Shown: in pieces, positions 7,668 to 17,977 of the stretch | Layout of the letters: every line of letters begins with the position of its first letter | Numbering within the stretch: position 1 is the first letter of the stretch | Assembly (NCBI GenBank): GCA_046260075.1 | Contig: JBJYXS010000338.1 | Location: 1-32,820 of the forward strand | Reading direction: 5' to 3' | Length of the DNA: 32,820 nt | Source: Anaerolineales bacterium | GTDB taxonomy: Bacteria > Chloroflexota > Anaerolineae > Anaerolineales > RBG-16-64-43 | Made by a program: the position numbers and the translations under genes | Notes under the pieces: generated by a model | Told to the model about the DNA's origin: nothing | Database searches by the model: none | What the model saw: only the letters and a program-made list of their open reading frames with translations

Positions 7668-8420
7668 TTATCCGGGCACGAGGATGTCTTGCAGGAAAAC
7701 CGCGACATCCTGCGCGCCGGTTTCGTCGGAAGCGTGAGCGGGGATCCGGTGGAAGGATTCCCTGCGCAGGATGACGTCCCGCAGCGGCACGGGATGCCCG
7801 GCCTCGGCCGACGCGCGGCGGACGAAGAGTGCTCTCTGGGTGCGGTGGCACGCCATCGCCGCCAACTTGCGGTCGAATACGGAATTAACGGGAACGATGA
7901 AATCCGCCGGATCGTCCCGGTTGGCCGACCGCTTGCGCGGGTGATCGTCGTAATCCGCGTTGAAGGAATACAGGAAAGGGATGCCGCCAAGCTGCGCCGC
8001 TTGGCATCCGGCACGGTGGGTCAGAAGGTGGGCCGGATGCCCGTACTCGCCGTTGGATCCGTGGGTGATCAGGACGTCGATCCCCATCGGGCTGAGACGG
8101 CGGAGGATTTCCGGGAGGATTTCCCGGGGCGAAGCGGCAAAGGGGTGCAATGCCCCGTCCGGTCCGACGTCCGGATCGCGGAACGGCAGGCAGTCCGCCG
8201 AAACGCAACCGAGGGCGCGAGCGGCGCAGCGCAGCTCGGCTTCACGGAAGTCGCCCAATTCCGCCCGCGGGCAGAGCGGCGGCTCCCCCGCCTCGCCTCC
8301 CTCGCCGCGGGTGCAACACAGGATCCTCACCTCGGCGCCGCGTTCGGCCAGCAGCGCCAGCGTCCCGCCGGCGAAAACCGTTTCGTCGTCGGGATGCGCG
8401 ACAAGGCAAAGGATCCTCAC
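7668..8420 (-). CDS. PIG-L/LmbE-family N-acetylglucosaminyl deacetylase
   Basis: Contains ILCLVAHPDDE and GHPAH motifs. The track ORF extends to the ATG at 8552. That extension adds a 44-aa Arg/Pro/Ser-rich tail and overlaps the upstream gene by 50 bp. I prefer the GTG at 8420 (VRILCLVAHPDDE), but the start is uncertain. Confidence 0.8.
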   Translation of the reverse strand: MRILCLVAHPDDETVFAGGTLALLAERGAEVRILCCTRGEGGEAGEPPLCPRAELGDFREAELRCAARALGCVSADCLPFRDPDVGPDGALHPFAASPREILPEILRRLSPMGIDVLITHGSNGEYGHPAHLLTHRAGCQAAQLGGIPFLYSFNADYDDHPRKRSANRDDPADFIVPVNSVFDRKLAAMACHRTQRALFVRRASAEAGHPVPLRDVILRRESFHRIPAHASDETGAQDVAVFLQDILVPG

Positions 8421-8502
8421 GGCCTGCTCACGCTTGCGGCATGCAGCAAACGGGCCGGGGGATTCGCTTCCCCGGCCCGCGGATGGCGGAGAATGCGGCG
8501 CG

Positions 8503-8964
8503 TCAACGGGATTTGCCTTCGACCGATTGGATCGCCTGTTCGGCCGTGACATTGGCGTACAGGACCGACATCAGGCCGGGCAGGTATTTATTCATCGTCA
8601 TGACGTTGGAATACACCACCTGGCGGATCAGGATGTGGTTCAGGTCGGTGCCCTCCACATCGATGCTGGTTTTACAGCGGATATCCCCGTCGCTCACGTC
8701 CATTTCGAAGTTGCCGATCACCAAACCGTAATTGGCGCGGGTGATGTATTCCATCGCCGCCTCGCGGCGTTCCTCGGGGGCGGGGTTGGGGCAGATGGAG
8801 TAGAAGATGAATTGCTGCTGTTGTTCCCGGGCCTGCGCGAAACAGGTCCATTTCCCGTTCTTGCCGGAAAAGCCGGTCCGCAGGATGGGCTTGCCTTCCA
8901 TCTCGGTGAAGGGCCAATCGTCTTCGCGTAAAAATTTTTTTACCGCCTCGAGTATCTTGCCCAT
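8503..8964 (-). CDS. YbjN-domain (type III chaperone-like) protein
   Basis: The start is set at MGKILEAVKKFL (ATG 8964), with AAGGA 6 nt upstream. The pattern WPF..., FIFYSICP..., EYITRANYGLVIGNFEMDVSDGDIRCKTSI resembles the YbjN family as I remember it. No profile search was run. Confidence 0.65.
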   Translation of the reverse strand: MGKILEAVKKFLREDDWPFTEMEGKPILRTGFSGKNGKWTCFAQAREQQQQFIFYSICPNPAPEERREAAMEYITRANYGLVIGNFEMDVSDGDIRCKTSIDVEGTDLNHILIRQVVYSNVMTMNKYLPGLMSVLYANVTAEQAIQSVEGKSR

Positions 8965-9278
8965 GAAAAATCCTTGTGGCTTCGACTCCTTGCGACGCAA
9001 CATTGCTGTTCGGCCCCGAGGCGGGCCGAACACCGTGTATAGGGAAGGATTTTATACGGAATGACGCACCTTAGCAACCTGCCGATCCTGCCGGCCGTAC
9101 CGCCCCGCTTTCCGCGGCGGGATCGGGCCGGGGCTGCCTAGTCGTCGTACGGGCGTCCCTCCCGGGGGCCGGCGGGAACGCACGCGGAGGAAATGCCGCC
9201 GTACGAAATCCGGGATGCCGACCGGATGTTCCGCCATACGTCCGTCACGGCAGCGGAAAGGGAAGGAAAAGAAGGCAT

Positions 9279-10451
9279 ATGCCGAAGATTCGGGATGCGG
9301 AAATCGTCGATGCCCAAGGCCGTCCGGTCCGTCTGGGGGGGGGCGCGTCGGCGGATGGGTGAGCATGGGAAATTACCTCGATGGCTACCCCGGTGATGAA
9401 AGCGGATTGCGCCGCGCGGCGGCGGACATCCTGGGGCCGGAGCGGGCCCGGATCCTGTTCGGCCGCCGCACGGCATGTGCTGCGGTGGCGGCGCCCGCAG
9501 TTCCCGGAGCGGTTCGTCGTCCTGCGGCGGGAGATCGGCCGCCGTTACCGCCGTGTGGACACCGTGGCGGGGTGTCACCTGATGATCGAACCGGTGACGG
9601 GCGCTCCGGCTGGCTGATTCAAAGCCAAGTACCGGACCGATTGGAAGGCCATCAATGCGCCGTACCGGCGGGCGGCGGCTTCCATCCGCGACGCCGACCC
9701 CGATCACGTCATCTTTCTGGAGGGGGATTTCTTTTCGGCGAATTTCAAGAAGCTGGATCCGCCCTTCGCCCCCAATCTGGTGTACAGCAGCCACAACTAC
9801 AGCCCCCCGTCGACGCTGCCGGGGAAATATCCGGGAAGCTTCGACGGCAAGACGTGGAATAAGAAAAGGCAGGCGGATGCCTTCCGTTAACTTCAGGGCA
9901 CCCGGTTCGCGGAGGAGAACCGCGTGCCGCTGTGGGTGGGGGAATTCGGCGCGGTGCTGACCGGCGGGGCTGCGGATGCGCCTCACCGCCTTCGATCGCT
10001 CGAGCATCAGATATCCATCTTCGAGGACCACCGGACCCACTGGACGATTTGGACCTATAAAGACATCGGCGTGATGGGCCTGACGGAGGTGGATCCGCGC
10101 AGCGAGTATATGAATTTAATGCGGCCGGTCCTGCGCGCCAAGAAAATCCTGGGGACCGACGGCTGGCTGGAAAAGGACCCGCCGAAGACCGATCTCCAGA
10201 AGTCGGTCCGCCGGCTGGCGGCGACGGCCGAGCGCGCGATCCGCGATCCGGACATCGACCATTCCTCCAACCGGTTGTTCCTGGGCCAGGCGGGCTATTT
10301 CGCCGGCCTGATGCAGCCGGCGTTCGCCAAGCGGTTCAAGGGCCTGTCGGAATCGCGGATCGACGAGGTGATGCCGTCGTTCGCCTTCCGCAACTGCCGG
10401 GTGCGGAAGGATTTGGCGGGGGTAGTAGAGAAATACTGGAAGGAGCAATAA
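9279..10451 (+). pseudogene. Decayed glycoside hydrolase family 5 (cellulase-superfamily) gene
   Basis: GH5-like pieces lie in two frames. MPKIRDAEIVDAQGRPVRL comes from ATG 9279. VGGWVSMGNYLDGYPGDESGLRRAAADILGPERA follows after a G9 run (9335-9343) in another frame. The first frame then returns with FPERFVVLRREIGRRYRRVDTVAGCHLMIEP, where the acid/base NEP motif reads IEP (9585-9593). There is an in-frame TGA at 9615-9617. Next comes FKAKY...IRDADPDHVIFLEGD...NLVYSSHNY, then an in-frame TAA at 9888-9890, then VPLWVGEFG (nucleophile Glu at 9942-9944) continuing to the stop at 10451. About 80-100 aa normally found between the GGW block and the NEP strand appear to be missing. Confidence 0.7.
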
Positions 10452-10484
10452 CCCGCAGGGGTTATCCGATCCATCGCGATTGCG

Positions 10485-10521
10485 AAAAAAAACGGGCGGC
10501 CTGATGGCTGCCCGCCGTTTT
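10485..10521. terminator. Bidirectional intrinsic terminator between the convergent GH5 remnant and ahcY
   Basis: An A8 tract (10485-10492) precedes the stem. The stem pairs CGGGCGGCC (10493-10501) with GGCTGCCCG (10506-10514), giving 9 bp with one G-U pair and a 4-nt loop. CCGTTTT follows. Read on the minus strand, the stem is followed by T8. Confidence 0.6.
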
Positions 10522-10552
10522 CCATACACCGATGCCGATTCACCCTCTCGAT

Positions 10553-10590
10553 CCTCCCCCGCAATCCGCATGGGCGGAGAACGGGGGAGG
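10553..10590. repeat. Homopyrimidine/homopurine palindromic hairpin, copy iv
   Basis: The outer stem pairs CCTCCCCCG (10553-10561) with CGGGGGAGG (10582-10590). The inner stem pairs TCCGC (10565-10569) with GCGGA (10574-10578). It lies 14 nt beyond the ahcY stop codon. Confidence 0.6.
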
Positions 10591-10603
10591 GCAGGGGAGG
10601 GGG

Positions 10604-11977
<1,374 letters not shown>

Positions 11978-12934
11978 TTAGGACAGAATTTTTTCGGCTG
12001 TTGTGTCTTTTCCGAAGGTTTCCGTATACCGCGCGAGGAATTCCGCCCGCGAGTAGGTATGGTTTTGGGTTCCCACCTCCTCAAGGCAATACGTGGCCGC
12101 CAGTGCGCCGAGTTGGCCGCAGAGAGGCCAGGAGGCATTGTGCAACAAACCCTTGAGCAATCCGCCGCGGAAAGCATCGCCCACGCCGGTCGGATCGGCC
12201 ACGCGCCGCGGCGCGACGATCGGTATCTCGAAGGTCTCCTTTTCGGTTTTGATCCGCGATCCCTTTTCGCCGAGGGTGACGATCACGACCGGGACGGTTT
12301 GCTCGAGCTCCGCCTCGCTGCGGCCGGTCTTGCGGGCGATGAGTCCGAATTCATATTCGTTGCAAATCAGGATCCGGCAGGCGTCGATTCCGACCGCGAT
12401 GTCCGGTCCGTCCATCCGGGCCGCCTGCTGGGAGGGATCGTATATCAGGGCCAAACCGAGTTCCCGGCACTCGCGGGCGTGCTTGACCATGGCGGCGGGA
12501 TCGTTGGGCGAGATCACCACCCAATCCGGCCGCGGCTCCACGCCGTGCAGGGAGAGTTCGGCGGCCCGGGCCATCGCCCCGGGGTAGAACGAAGCCAGTT
12601 GGCAGTTTGCCTTGTCGGTGGTGGCGAAGAACGAACCGGTATAGCAATCATCGTATGGAACGGTCAGCGAGGTGTCGACCCCCGCGGATTCGAGCGCCGT
12701 CCGGTATTCGCCGAAATCCTTGCCCACGGTGGCCATCAGCCGCGGCTGCTCGCCGAGCAGCGCCAGCGTGTAGGCGATATTTCCGGCGATCCCGCCGCGG
12801 TGCCGGGCCAGGCTGTCCACCAGAAACGACAGGCTGAGCGATTCCAATTTTTCGGGGAGGATCTGTTCGCGAAAGAGGCCCGGAAAGGTCATCAGGCAAT
12901 CGAAGGCGATGGATCCGGTGAGGACAACGTTCAT
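11978..12934 (-). CDS. PfkB-family carbohydrate/nucleoside kinase (probable adenosine kinase)
   Basis: The real gene is the C-terminal 318 aa of the 788-aa track ORF. It starts at MNVVLTGSIAFDCLM (ATG 12934), with GGAGAG 4 nt upstream. It carries the motifs HRGGIAGNIAY, ICNEYEF and DPTGVGDAFRGG (PfkB signature 2). Its position directly upstream of ahcY fits adenosine salvage. Confidence 0.88.
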   Translation of the reverse strand: MNVVLTGSIAFDCLMTFPGLFREQILPEKLESLSLSFLVDSLARHRGGIAGNIAYTLALLGEQPRLMATVGKDFGEYRTALESAGVDTSLTVPYDDCYTGSFFATTDKANCQLASFYPGAMARAAELSLHGVEPRPDWVVISPNDPAAMVKHARECRELGLALIYDPSQQAARMDGPDIAVGIDACRILICNEYEFGLIARKTGRSEAELEQTVPVVIVTLGEKGSRIKTEKETFEIPIVAPRRVADPTGVGDAFRGGLLKGLLHNASWPLCGQLGALAATYCLEEVGTQNHTYSRAEFLARYTETFGKDTTAEKILS

Positions 12935-13039
12935 GATCTCTCCAGTAAAAAAACGCTCCCTTCGCGAGAGCGCAGCCGGTGTATGGTAACATGCGCAGGC
13001 GGCTTTGTCAAAAAAGCGGGCCGCGGTTATCCTTTGGAT

Positions 13040-15430
13040 ATGCATCTTCTCCGCCGGATTCCGATCCCCATCCTGCTGGCGCTCACGGCCTGCACGCTTC
13101 CCGCCGGCGGGCCGCCGGCTACGCTTACGCCTTCCCCCTTTCCCGCCGCCACGAACGCCGGCGTGCCGCCTTCGCCGGCCGTGATTCCGACGGCGACATC
13201 CGCCGCAAGCGATTTCCTCGTCCTCGGCGACCGGGCATTGCTCAACGGGGACTATCCCACGGCGATCGCGCAGTACAATGCGGCGCTTGCGGCGGGGGCG
13301 GAAGGGGAGCGCGCGGCCTTTTTCCTCGCGCGGGCGATGTGGGAATCGGGGGATCCCGCCGGGGCGCAGGCCATGCTGGACAGCCTGGCGGCGACGGCTC
13401 CGGCGGGGCCGTACGTTTCGCGCGTCCGTTTCCTGCAGGGGGAGATCGCCGCCGCACAGGGGGATTGGGCGGGTTCGGTCGCGGCCTACCAGCAATTCCT
13501 CGCTTTGGCTCCCGGTCTTCTCAACGACATCGTCCAGGAACGGGTCGGCGATTCCTCGCTCGCGGGCGGCTGGACGGATCAGGCGGTGCAGGCCTACGCC
13601 GCCGCCGCCGAAGCCGCCGCGCCCGGGGCGAGGATCTGGCTGTGGGAAAAACAGGCCGATGCGCTTTCCGGCGCGCGCCTGGCGGAGCCGGCGATCGCCC
13701 TCTACGAGCAGGTGCTGGCGGCGACGTCGAACGATTACGCGAGGGCGCGGCTGAACCGCAAGATCGGGGGGGCGCTCATCGCCCTGGGGCGGGCGGAAGA
13801 AGGGTATGCCCGCTATCAGACCGCCCTGCAATATCCCATGTCGCACGACGCCTTCCTGTGCCTTTCGGAGTTGCTGTATGCCGGGTATGCGGTCGACAAC
13901 CTGACGCGGGGGATCATCGATTATTACGAGGGGGTGTACGACACGACCCTGGTGGTCCTCAGCGATTACCTGGCTCAAAACCCCGCCGAACCGGCCAAGG
14001 CGCACTATTTCCGCGGTCTGGCTGCGCGGGCCGGCGGCGCGGCGGCGGAAGCGGCGGGCGATTTCGAAACCGCGGTCGCGCTCGGGACGGAGACCGGTTT
14101 TTGGGATGCCGCCCTGTTCGAATGGGCGTACACGCTCTGGGCGTGGCTCGACGATTACGCCGGCGCCTCCGCGATCCTGGTCGGATTGGCGGACGCGGCG
14201 CCGGCCCATCCGCGCGCGCCGGAGGCGCTCTACACGGCCGCCCGGATCTCCGAGCGCGGCGGCGACCTGGTTTTGGCGGCCCAGTTGTGGTTGCGCACGG
14301 CCGCGGATTACCCGGCCGATTCGGGGGCCGCGGAGTCGCGCCATCAGGCCGGCGTCGCGCTCTACCGCGCGGGCGATTACGCCGGCGCAGAGGACGCCTG
14401 GTCGGCGGGCCTTTCCTCCGGCGACGGGTGGGCCCGATCGCGGGCTCTGTTCTGGACCGCCAAGGCCCGCGGGCAGCGCGGCGATGCCGGCGCCGCCCGC
14501 ACGTTCCTAGAGCAGGCCGCCGCCGCTTCGCCGACCGATTATTATTCCGAACGGGCCGCCGATGTGCTCGAAGGGATGGCGGCCTTCACCCGCGTGAGGG
14601 ATATCAATATTTCGTTCGATTCGGATGCGGAATTCCTGCAGGCCGAAGCCTGGGTGCAATCGGTCTTTGCGTCGGAAGCGGCGATGGAGCAGCGCTACGC
14701 CGCCGTGCAGAATGATCCCCGCCTGCAGCGCGGGCGGATCCTGTGGGATCTCGGCCTGTACGACGATGCGCGCGCGGAGTTCGACGGCCTGTGGTACTCC
14801 GCAGCGGGCGACCCGGCCGGTTCGCTGTACCTGAGCCGTTATTTCCAGACGATCGGATACTACCCGGGAGCGATCCAGGCTGCGCGCAAGGTGCTCGATG
14901 CGGCCGGGTTCAACGACGCCCAGACTCTCGCCGCGCCGGCGTACTTCAGCCACATCCGGTTCGGACCGCACTTCGCCGATCTCATCGTCCCGCAGGCCGC
15001 CGCGCGCGGGCTCGATCCGCTGCTCCTGTTCGCGCTGGTGCGCCAGGAATCGCTCTTCGGCGTGTCGGCCGCATCCGCCGCCAACGCCCACGGCTTGATG
15101 CAGCTGATCCCCTCGACCGCCGAGGCGATGGCGGCCCAATTGGGGTTGGGTTCGCTGGGGATCGCCGATCTCTACCGGCCCATCATCAACGTTCAACTCG
15201 GCGCGGAGTACATCGCCCGGCAGCGCGATACGTTCGGCGGGAATCTCTTCCTGGCCTTGGCGGCCTACAACGCCGGACCGGGAAGCGCCGCGTTCTGGAA
15301 CGACCTGGCCGGCGGCGACGACGACTTATTGGTGGAGGTGATCCGCTACGAGGAAACCAGAAATTACGTGCGGCGGATTTATGAGAATTATGTCATCTAC
15401 AGGGATTTGTATCAGGTGGTGCAGGGATGA
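13040..15430 (+). CDS. Lipoprotein with TPR-like helical repeats and a C-terminal Slt-type lytic transglycosylase domain
   Basis: The real gene is the last 796 aa of the 1632-aa track ORF. It starts at MHLLRRIPIPILLALTACTLP, a signal peptide with a lipobox. The SLT catalytic region reads ALVRQESLFGVSAASAANAHGLMQLIPSTA...AAYNAGPGSA. Confidence 0.9.
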   Translation: MHLLRRIPIPILLALTACTLPAGGPPATLTPSPFPAATNAGVPPSPAVIPTATSAASDFLVLGDRALLNGDYPTAIAQYNAALAAGAEGERAAFFLARAMWESGDPAGAQAMLDSLAATAPAGPYVSRVRFLQGEIAAAQGDWAGSVAAYQQFLALAPGLLNDIVQERVGDSSLAGGWTDQAVQAYAAAAEAAAPGARIWLWEKQADALSGARLAEPAIALYEQVLAATSNDYARARLNRKIGGALIALGRAEEGYARYQTALQYPMSHDAFLCLSELLYAGYAVDNLTRGIIDYYEGVYDTTLVVLSDYLAQNPAEPAKAHYFRGLAARAGGAAAEAAGDFETAVALGTETGFWDAALFEWAYTLWAWLDDYAGASAILVGLADAAPAHPRAPEALYTAARISERGGDLVLAAQLWLRTAADYPADSGAAESRHQAGVALYRAGDYAGAEDAWSAGLSSGDGWARSRALFWTAKARGQRGDAGAARTFLEQAAAASPTDYYSERAADVLEGMAAFTRVRDINISFDSDAEFLQAEAWVQSVFASEAAMEQRYAAVQNDPRLQRGRILWDLGLYDDARAEFDGLWYSAAGDPAGSLYLSRYFQTIGYYPGAIQAARKVLDAAGFNDAQTLAAPAYFSHIRFGPHFADLIVPQAAARGLDPLLLFALVRQESLFGVSAASAANAHGLMQLIPSTAEAMAAQLGLGSLGIADLYRPIINVQLGAEYIARQRDTFGGNLFLALAAYNAGPGSAAFWNDLAGGDDDLLVEVIRYEETRNYVRRIYENYVIYRDLYQVVQG

Positions 15431-15451
15431 AATCCTGCGGATCAGGATTTC
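15429..15451. terminator. 9-bp hairpin spanning both stop codons of the convergent slt-like and msrA genes
   Basis: GAAATCCTG (15429-15437), a CGGAT loop, and CAGGATTTC (15443-15451). The plus-gene TGA is at 15428-15430 and the minus-gene TGA at 15442-15444. There is no long U-tract on either side. Confidence 0.45.
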
Positions 15452-15999
15452 TCATCCGGTATTTTTAATTTGTCGCGGAAGGCAATCCGGAATTTTCGGA
15501 CTTTCGGATTGATCGTCAACACACAATATATCTGGTTCGGATTGTTTCTGAAGTAGTTGCGGTGGTACTCCTCGGCTTTGTAAAAATGAGAAAACGGGGC
15601 GATCTCGGTGACGATCGGCAGCGGCCAAACCTTCTCCGCTTCGATCCGGCGTTTGACTTCCTCGGCTGCCTTCCGCTGGGCCGGGCTGTGATAAAAAACC
15701 GCCGACCGGTATTGGGTCCCCACGTCCGCTCCCTGCCGGTTGGGCGTTGTCGGATCGTGCGTGTGCCAGAAAATCTCCAGCAGGTCCCGGTAGGTGATGT
15801 CATCCGGATGAAACGTGATCTGCACGGCTTCGGCGTGGCCGGTCATGCCGGTGCAGACTTCCTCGTAGGTCGGATCCGTCTTTTTCCCGCCGGCATAGCC
15901 GGGAACGACGTCTATTACGCCGCGCACGTCCTGGAAGACGGCTTCGACGCACCAGAAGCAGCCGGCGGCGAAGGTAGCGGTTTCGGTTTTTTTGGACAT
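15442..15999 (-). CDS. msrA: Peptide-methionine (S)-S-oxide reductase
   Basis: 185-aa ORF with FAAGCFWCVEAVF, GYAGG, EVCTGMTGHAEAVQITF and GTQYRSA, the canonical MsrA blocks. Confidence 0.95.
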   Translation of the reverse strand: MSKKTETATFAAGCFWCVEAVFQDVRGVIDVVPGYAGGKKTDPTYEEVCTGMTGHAEAVQITFHPDDITYRDLLEIFWHTHDPTTPNRQGADVGTQYRSAVFYHSPAQRKAAEEVKRRIEAEKVWPLPIVTEIAPFSHFYKAEEYHRNYFRNNPNQIYCVLTINPKVRKFRIAFRDKLKIPDEKS

Positions 16000-16068
16000 G
16001 GTGTTTTCCTGCTTTCTATCCTAATCCTCTATCCCCGCCTGCTCCCGGAAGACCGCAGGTGCCCCATT

Positions 16069-16098
16069 CCCCCTTTCCGTAGTATGGAAAAGGGGGGG
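16069..16098. repeat. Homopyrimidine/homopurine palindromic hairpin, copy ii (imperfect)
   Basis: CCCCCTTTCC (16069-16078), a GTAGTAT loop, and GGAAAAGGGGGGG (16086-16098). It abuts the stop of the methyltransferase gene at 16099. It is preceded by CCCCATTCCCC, as at copy i. Confidence 0.55.
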
Positions 16099-16914
16099 TT
16101 AGGACAGCTTGTAATACAACAGCCGGTGGGCCTTCGCTGCGGCCGGGAACAGGCCGGCCAAACGGAACATCAAGGCATTCGCCCAACCCAGCTTACCGAT
16201 ATCTTCCGATTGGGTGAAGGTCCACTCTTCCAGCAGGCGGATCCCCGGCGCCCACGCCTCAAGGTCCTTGGGATCGTCGATTCCCCAACGGACGACCGCG
16301 CCGGTCCGCCGCAGCGAGGCCGCTCGCTTGACGTTCCGGGCGGTCAGGGTGCTGAAGGCGTCGAAGGCCAGCTCGCTGTCGGGGAACGTTTCCCGCAGCC
16401 GGAGGATCAGCTCCTTCACCTTTTCCTCGGGCAGATACATCATCAGCCCTTCCGCGGCGATGAACACGGGCGCGCCGCGCGGCACAGCGTCCATCCAGCC
16501 ATAGGCAAGCACATCGGAGGCGATCATATGGTAGTTTCCGGTTTCGGCGAAGAATTTCCGGCGGAGGGCGATCGCGTCCGGAAGGTCCACGTCGAACCAG
16601 CGGACCGTGCCGTTATTAACCCGGAAGCAGCGCGTATCCAGCCCGCAGCCGAGGTGCAGCACCACTCCGTCCGGCCGGCGGGTGAGGAAATCCCGGATGT
16701 AGCCGTCGATCCGTTTGGCGCGCATGAAGACCGTCAGACGGGTCCCGGTGGCGACCCGCAGGCGTGCAAAATCGTAGTCGACCCGTTCCACGATCTTCCA
16801 GGCCGCGTCGTCCGGGAACAAGCCTTTGGGAACGCCGAGGGTCTTGCAGTACAGCGTGATCATCAGGGTTTCCTGTTCGGCGGTGAGGGTGATTTTTTCT
16901 TTCTCTCCGGTCAT
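16099..16914 (-). CDS. Class I SAM-dependent O-methyltransferase (TcmP/LCM-like, COG3315 type)
   Basis: 271-aa ORF with VVLHLGCGLDTR (SAM-binding motif of this family), WFDVDLPD and AEGLMMYL blocks. Its ATG overlaps the stop of the upstream GNAT gene (ATGA at 16911-16914). Confidence 0.85.
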   Translation of the reverse strand: MTGEKEKITLTAEQETLMITLYCKTLGVPKGLFPDDAAWKIVERVDYDFARLRVATGTRLTVFMRAKRIDGYIRDFLTRRPDGVVLHLGCGLDTRCFRVNNGTVRWFDVDLPDAIALRRKFFAETGNYHMIASDVLAYGWMDAVPRGAPVFIAAEGLMMYLPEEKVKELILRLRETFPDSELAFDAFSTLTARNVKRAASLRRTGAVVRWGIDDPKDLEAWAPGIRLLEEWTFTQSEDIGKLGWANALMFRLAGLFPAAAKAHRLLYYKLS

Positions 16915-17366
16915 GGCGTATCCTTTTCGGTCCCGGCGACTGAGGCATCCTCATCCCAGAACATCGTCATTCCGGCGCCGAACTTTCCACTCGGCCGGGT
17001 GAAAAAACCGTACCGTTCGTAGAACGGTTCCTTGCCTTGGGCGGCCATCAGGCCGACGATCGTGTGCCGGACGGCGTGCCGGCGGACGTACTCCATGATC
17101 CTGTCCATCAGCCGTTTTCCGATTCCCATGCCCTGGCACGCCGGGACGACGATCACGTCTTGTATATAATGTACGAGTTCCCCGTCGCCGACGACCCGCG
17201 CCATGCCCACCAGCTCGCCGTTCCGGCGGGCGCAGAGGCAATACGACGAACGGCGCAGGCAGTCCGCGATCGCCTGCGATTCGGGCAGCGTCCAGCCGAC
17301 GGCTTGGCGCACGGCTTGATATTCCTCCGGCGCGGGATATTCTTCCCGTATGACGACGTCTTCCAT
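16911..17366 (-). CDS. GNAT-family N-acetyltransferase
   Basis: The start is set at MEDVVIREEYPAPEEY (ATG 17366). The acetyl-CoA motif is VVPACQGMGIGKRLM, followed by FYERYGF. Confidence 0.85.
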   Translation of the reverse strand: MEDVVIREEYPAPEEYQAVRQAVGWTLPESQAIADCLRRSSYCLCARRNGELVGMARVVGDGELVHYIQDVIVVPACQGMGIGKRLMDRIMEYVRRHAVRHTIVGLMAAQGKEPFYERYGFFTRPSGKFGAGMTMFWDEDASVAGTEKDTP

Positions 17367-17374
17367 GATGCGCC

Positions 17375-17791
17375 TTATCCGCCGCCGGCCGGCGGCGGTT
17401 TGTTCAACCCGATGATGTTGCCTTCCGAATCGGTCCGGTAGGTTCCTTTGTTTAAATCCAACAGAACCAGCCGGTTGTCCCAGGGATCGCACACCACGGC
17501 GCAGCGTCCGACGGGAATGTCGAACGGCGGTTCGACGAGGGTTCCGCCGGCTTGCACGAACTCCGCCGCCGCCCGGTCGGCGGATTCGACCAGCCAGTCC
17601 ACTTCCGCGTTCGGACGCTCGGTTTGCAGGAGAATTTCCGTATCCGATCGGGGAAGACGCAAACCGGCCTGGGTCGGGCTGCGCCAGATCAACTCATGGC
17701 CCAACCGGTCGCGGTAAAAGCCGATTGCGGCATCCAAGTCCGGTACGGGCAGCTCAACGCAGTCTACTTTTTGCAGAAGGGGTTTTTTCAC
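17375..17791 (-). CDS. VOC-family (glyoxalase/bleomycin-resistance fold) protein
   Basis: The sequence reads VDCVELPVPDLDAAIGFYRDRLGHEL...VVCDPWDNRLVLLD. GGAGG (17801-17805) lies inside the first codons of the track ORF, 9 nt upstream of a GTG at 17791. I therefore prefer that start over the ATG at 17809. Confidence 0.8.
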   Translation of the reverse strand: MKKPLLQKVDCVELPVPDLDAAIGFYRDRLGHELIWRSPTQAGLRLPRSDTEILLQTERPNAEVDWLVESADRAAAEFVQAGGTLVEPPFDIPVGRCAVVCDPWDNRLVLLDLNKGTYRTDSEGNIIGLNKPPPAGGG

Positions 17792-17835
17792 GGTGCGGCA
17801 CCTCCGCATGCTTCGCGGGATTGTAGCATTCCTTA

Positions 17836-17971
17836 GTCATTGCGAGGAGGCGGAAAGCCGATGATCTTGCGGCTGTCCGCCGACGAAGCAATTTCGTGTT
17901 GATTGCAAAAAGAAGATGGTTTCGTCGAGGCGATGGCGAAAGACCGCCGCATTGCCTCTCCTCGCAATGAC
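17836..17971. repeat. Bipartite palindromic intergenic element of the GTCATTGCGAGG family, copy a (MITE/REP-like)
   Basis: It has perfect 14-nt terminal inverted repeats, GTCATTGCGAGGAG (17836-17849) and CTCCTCGCAATGAC (17958-17971). Internal blocks GATCTTGCGGCT and CGAAGCAAT are shared with copy b. It fills the gap between the VOC gene start and the bcp stop. Confidence 0.7.
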
Positions 17972-17977
17972 CTTTTA

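Noticed and set aside
9008-9031. 9-bp perfect hairpin GTTCGGCCC-CGAGGC-GGGCCGAAC upstream of the YbjN gene
   Set aside because: It has no U-tract, there is no upstream gene on that strand to terminate, and it has no repeat relatives in the window. I cannot assign a role.
9138-10040. 300-aa minus-strand ORF, plus the plus-strand ORFs 9215..9862 and 9655..9960
   Set aside because: They overlap the GH5 remnant. Only the fragments with GH5 motifs make biological sense, and those are interrupted, so the locus is called a pseudogene rather than several small genes.
11978-14344. 788-aa minus-strand ORF
   Set aside because: Only the C-terminal 318 aa (11978..12934, PfkB kinase with its own Shine-Dalgarno site) are real. 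The upstream 470 aa are antisense to the lytic transglycosylase gene and are Arg/Pro/Gly-rich junk.
15562-17022. 486-aa plus-strand ORF
   Set aside because: It is antisense to msrA and the O-methyltransferase, both of which have unambiguous family motifs on the minus strand.
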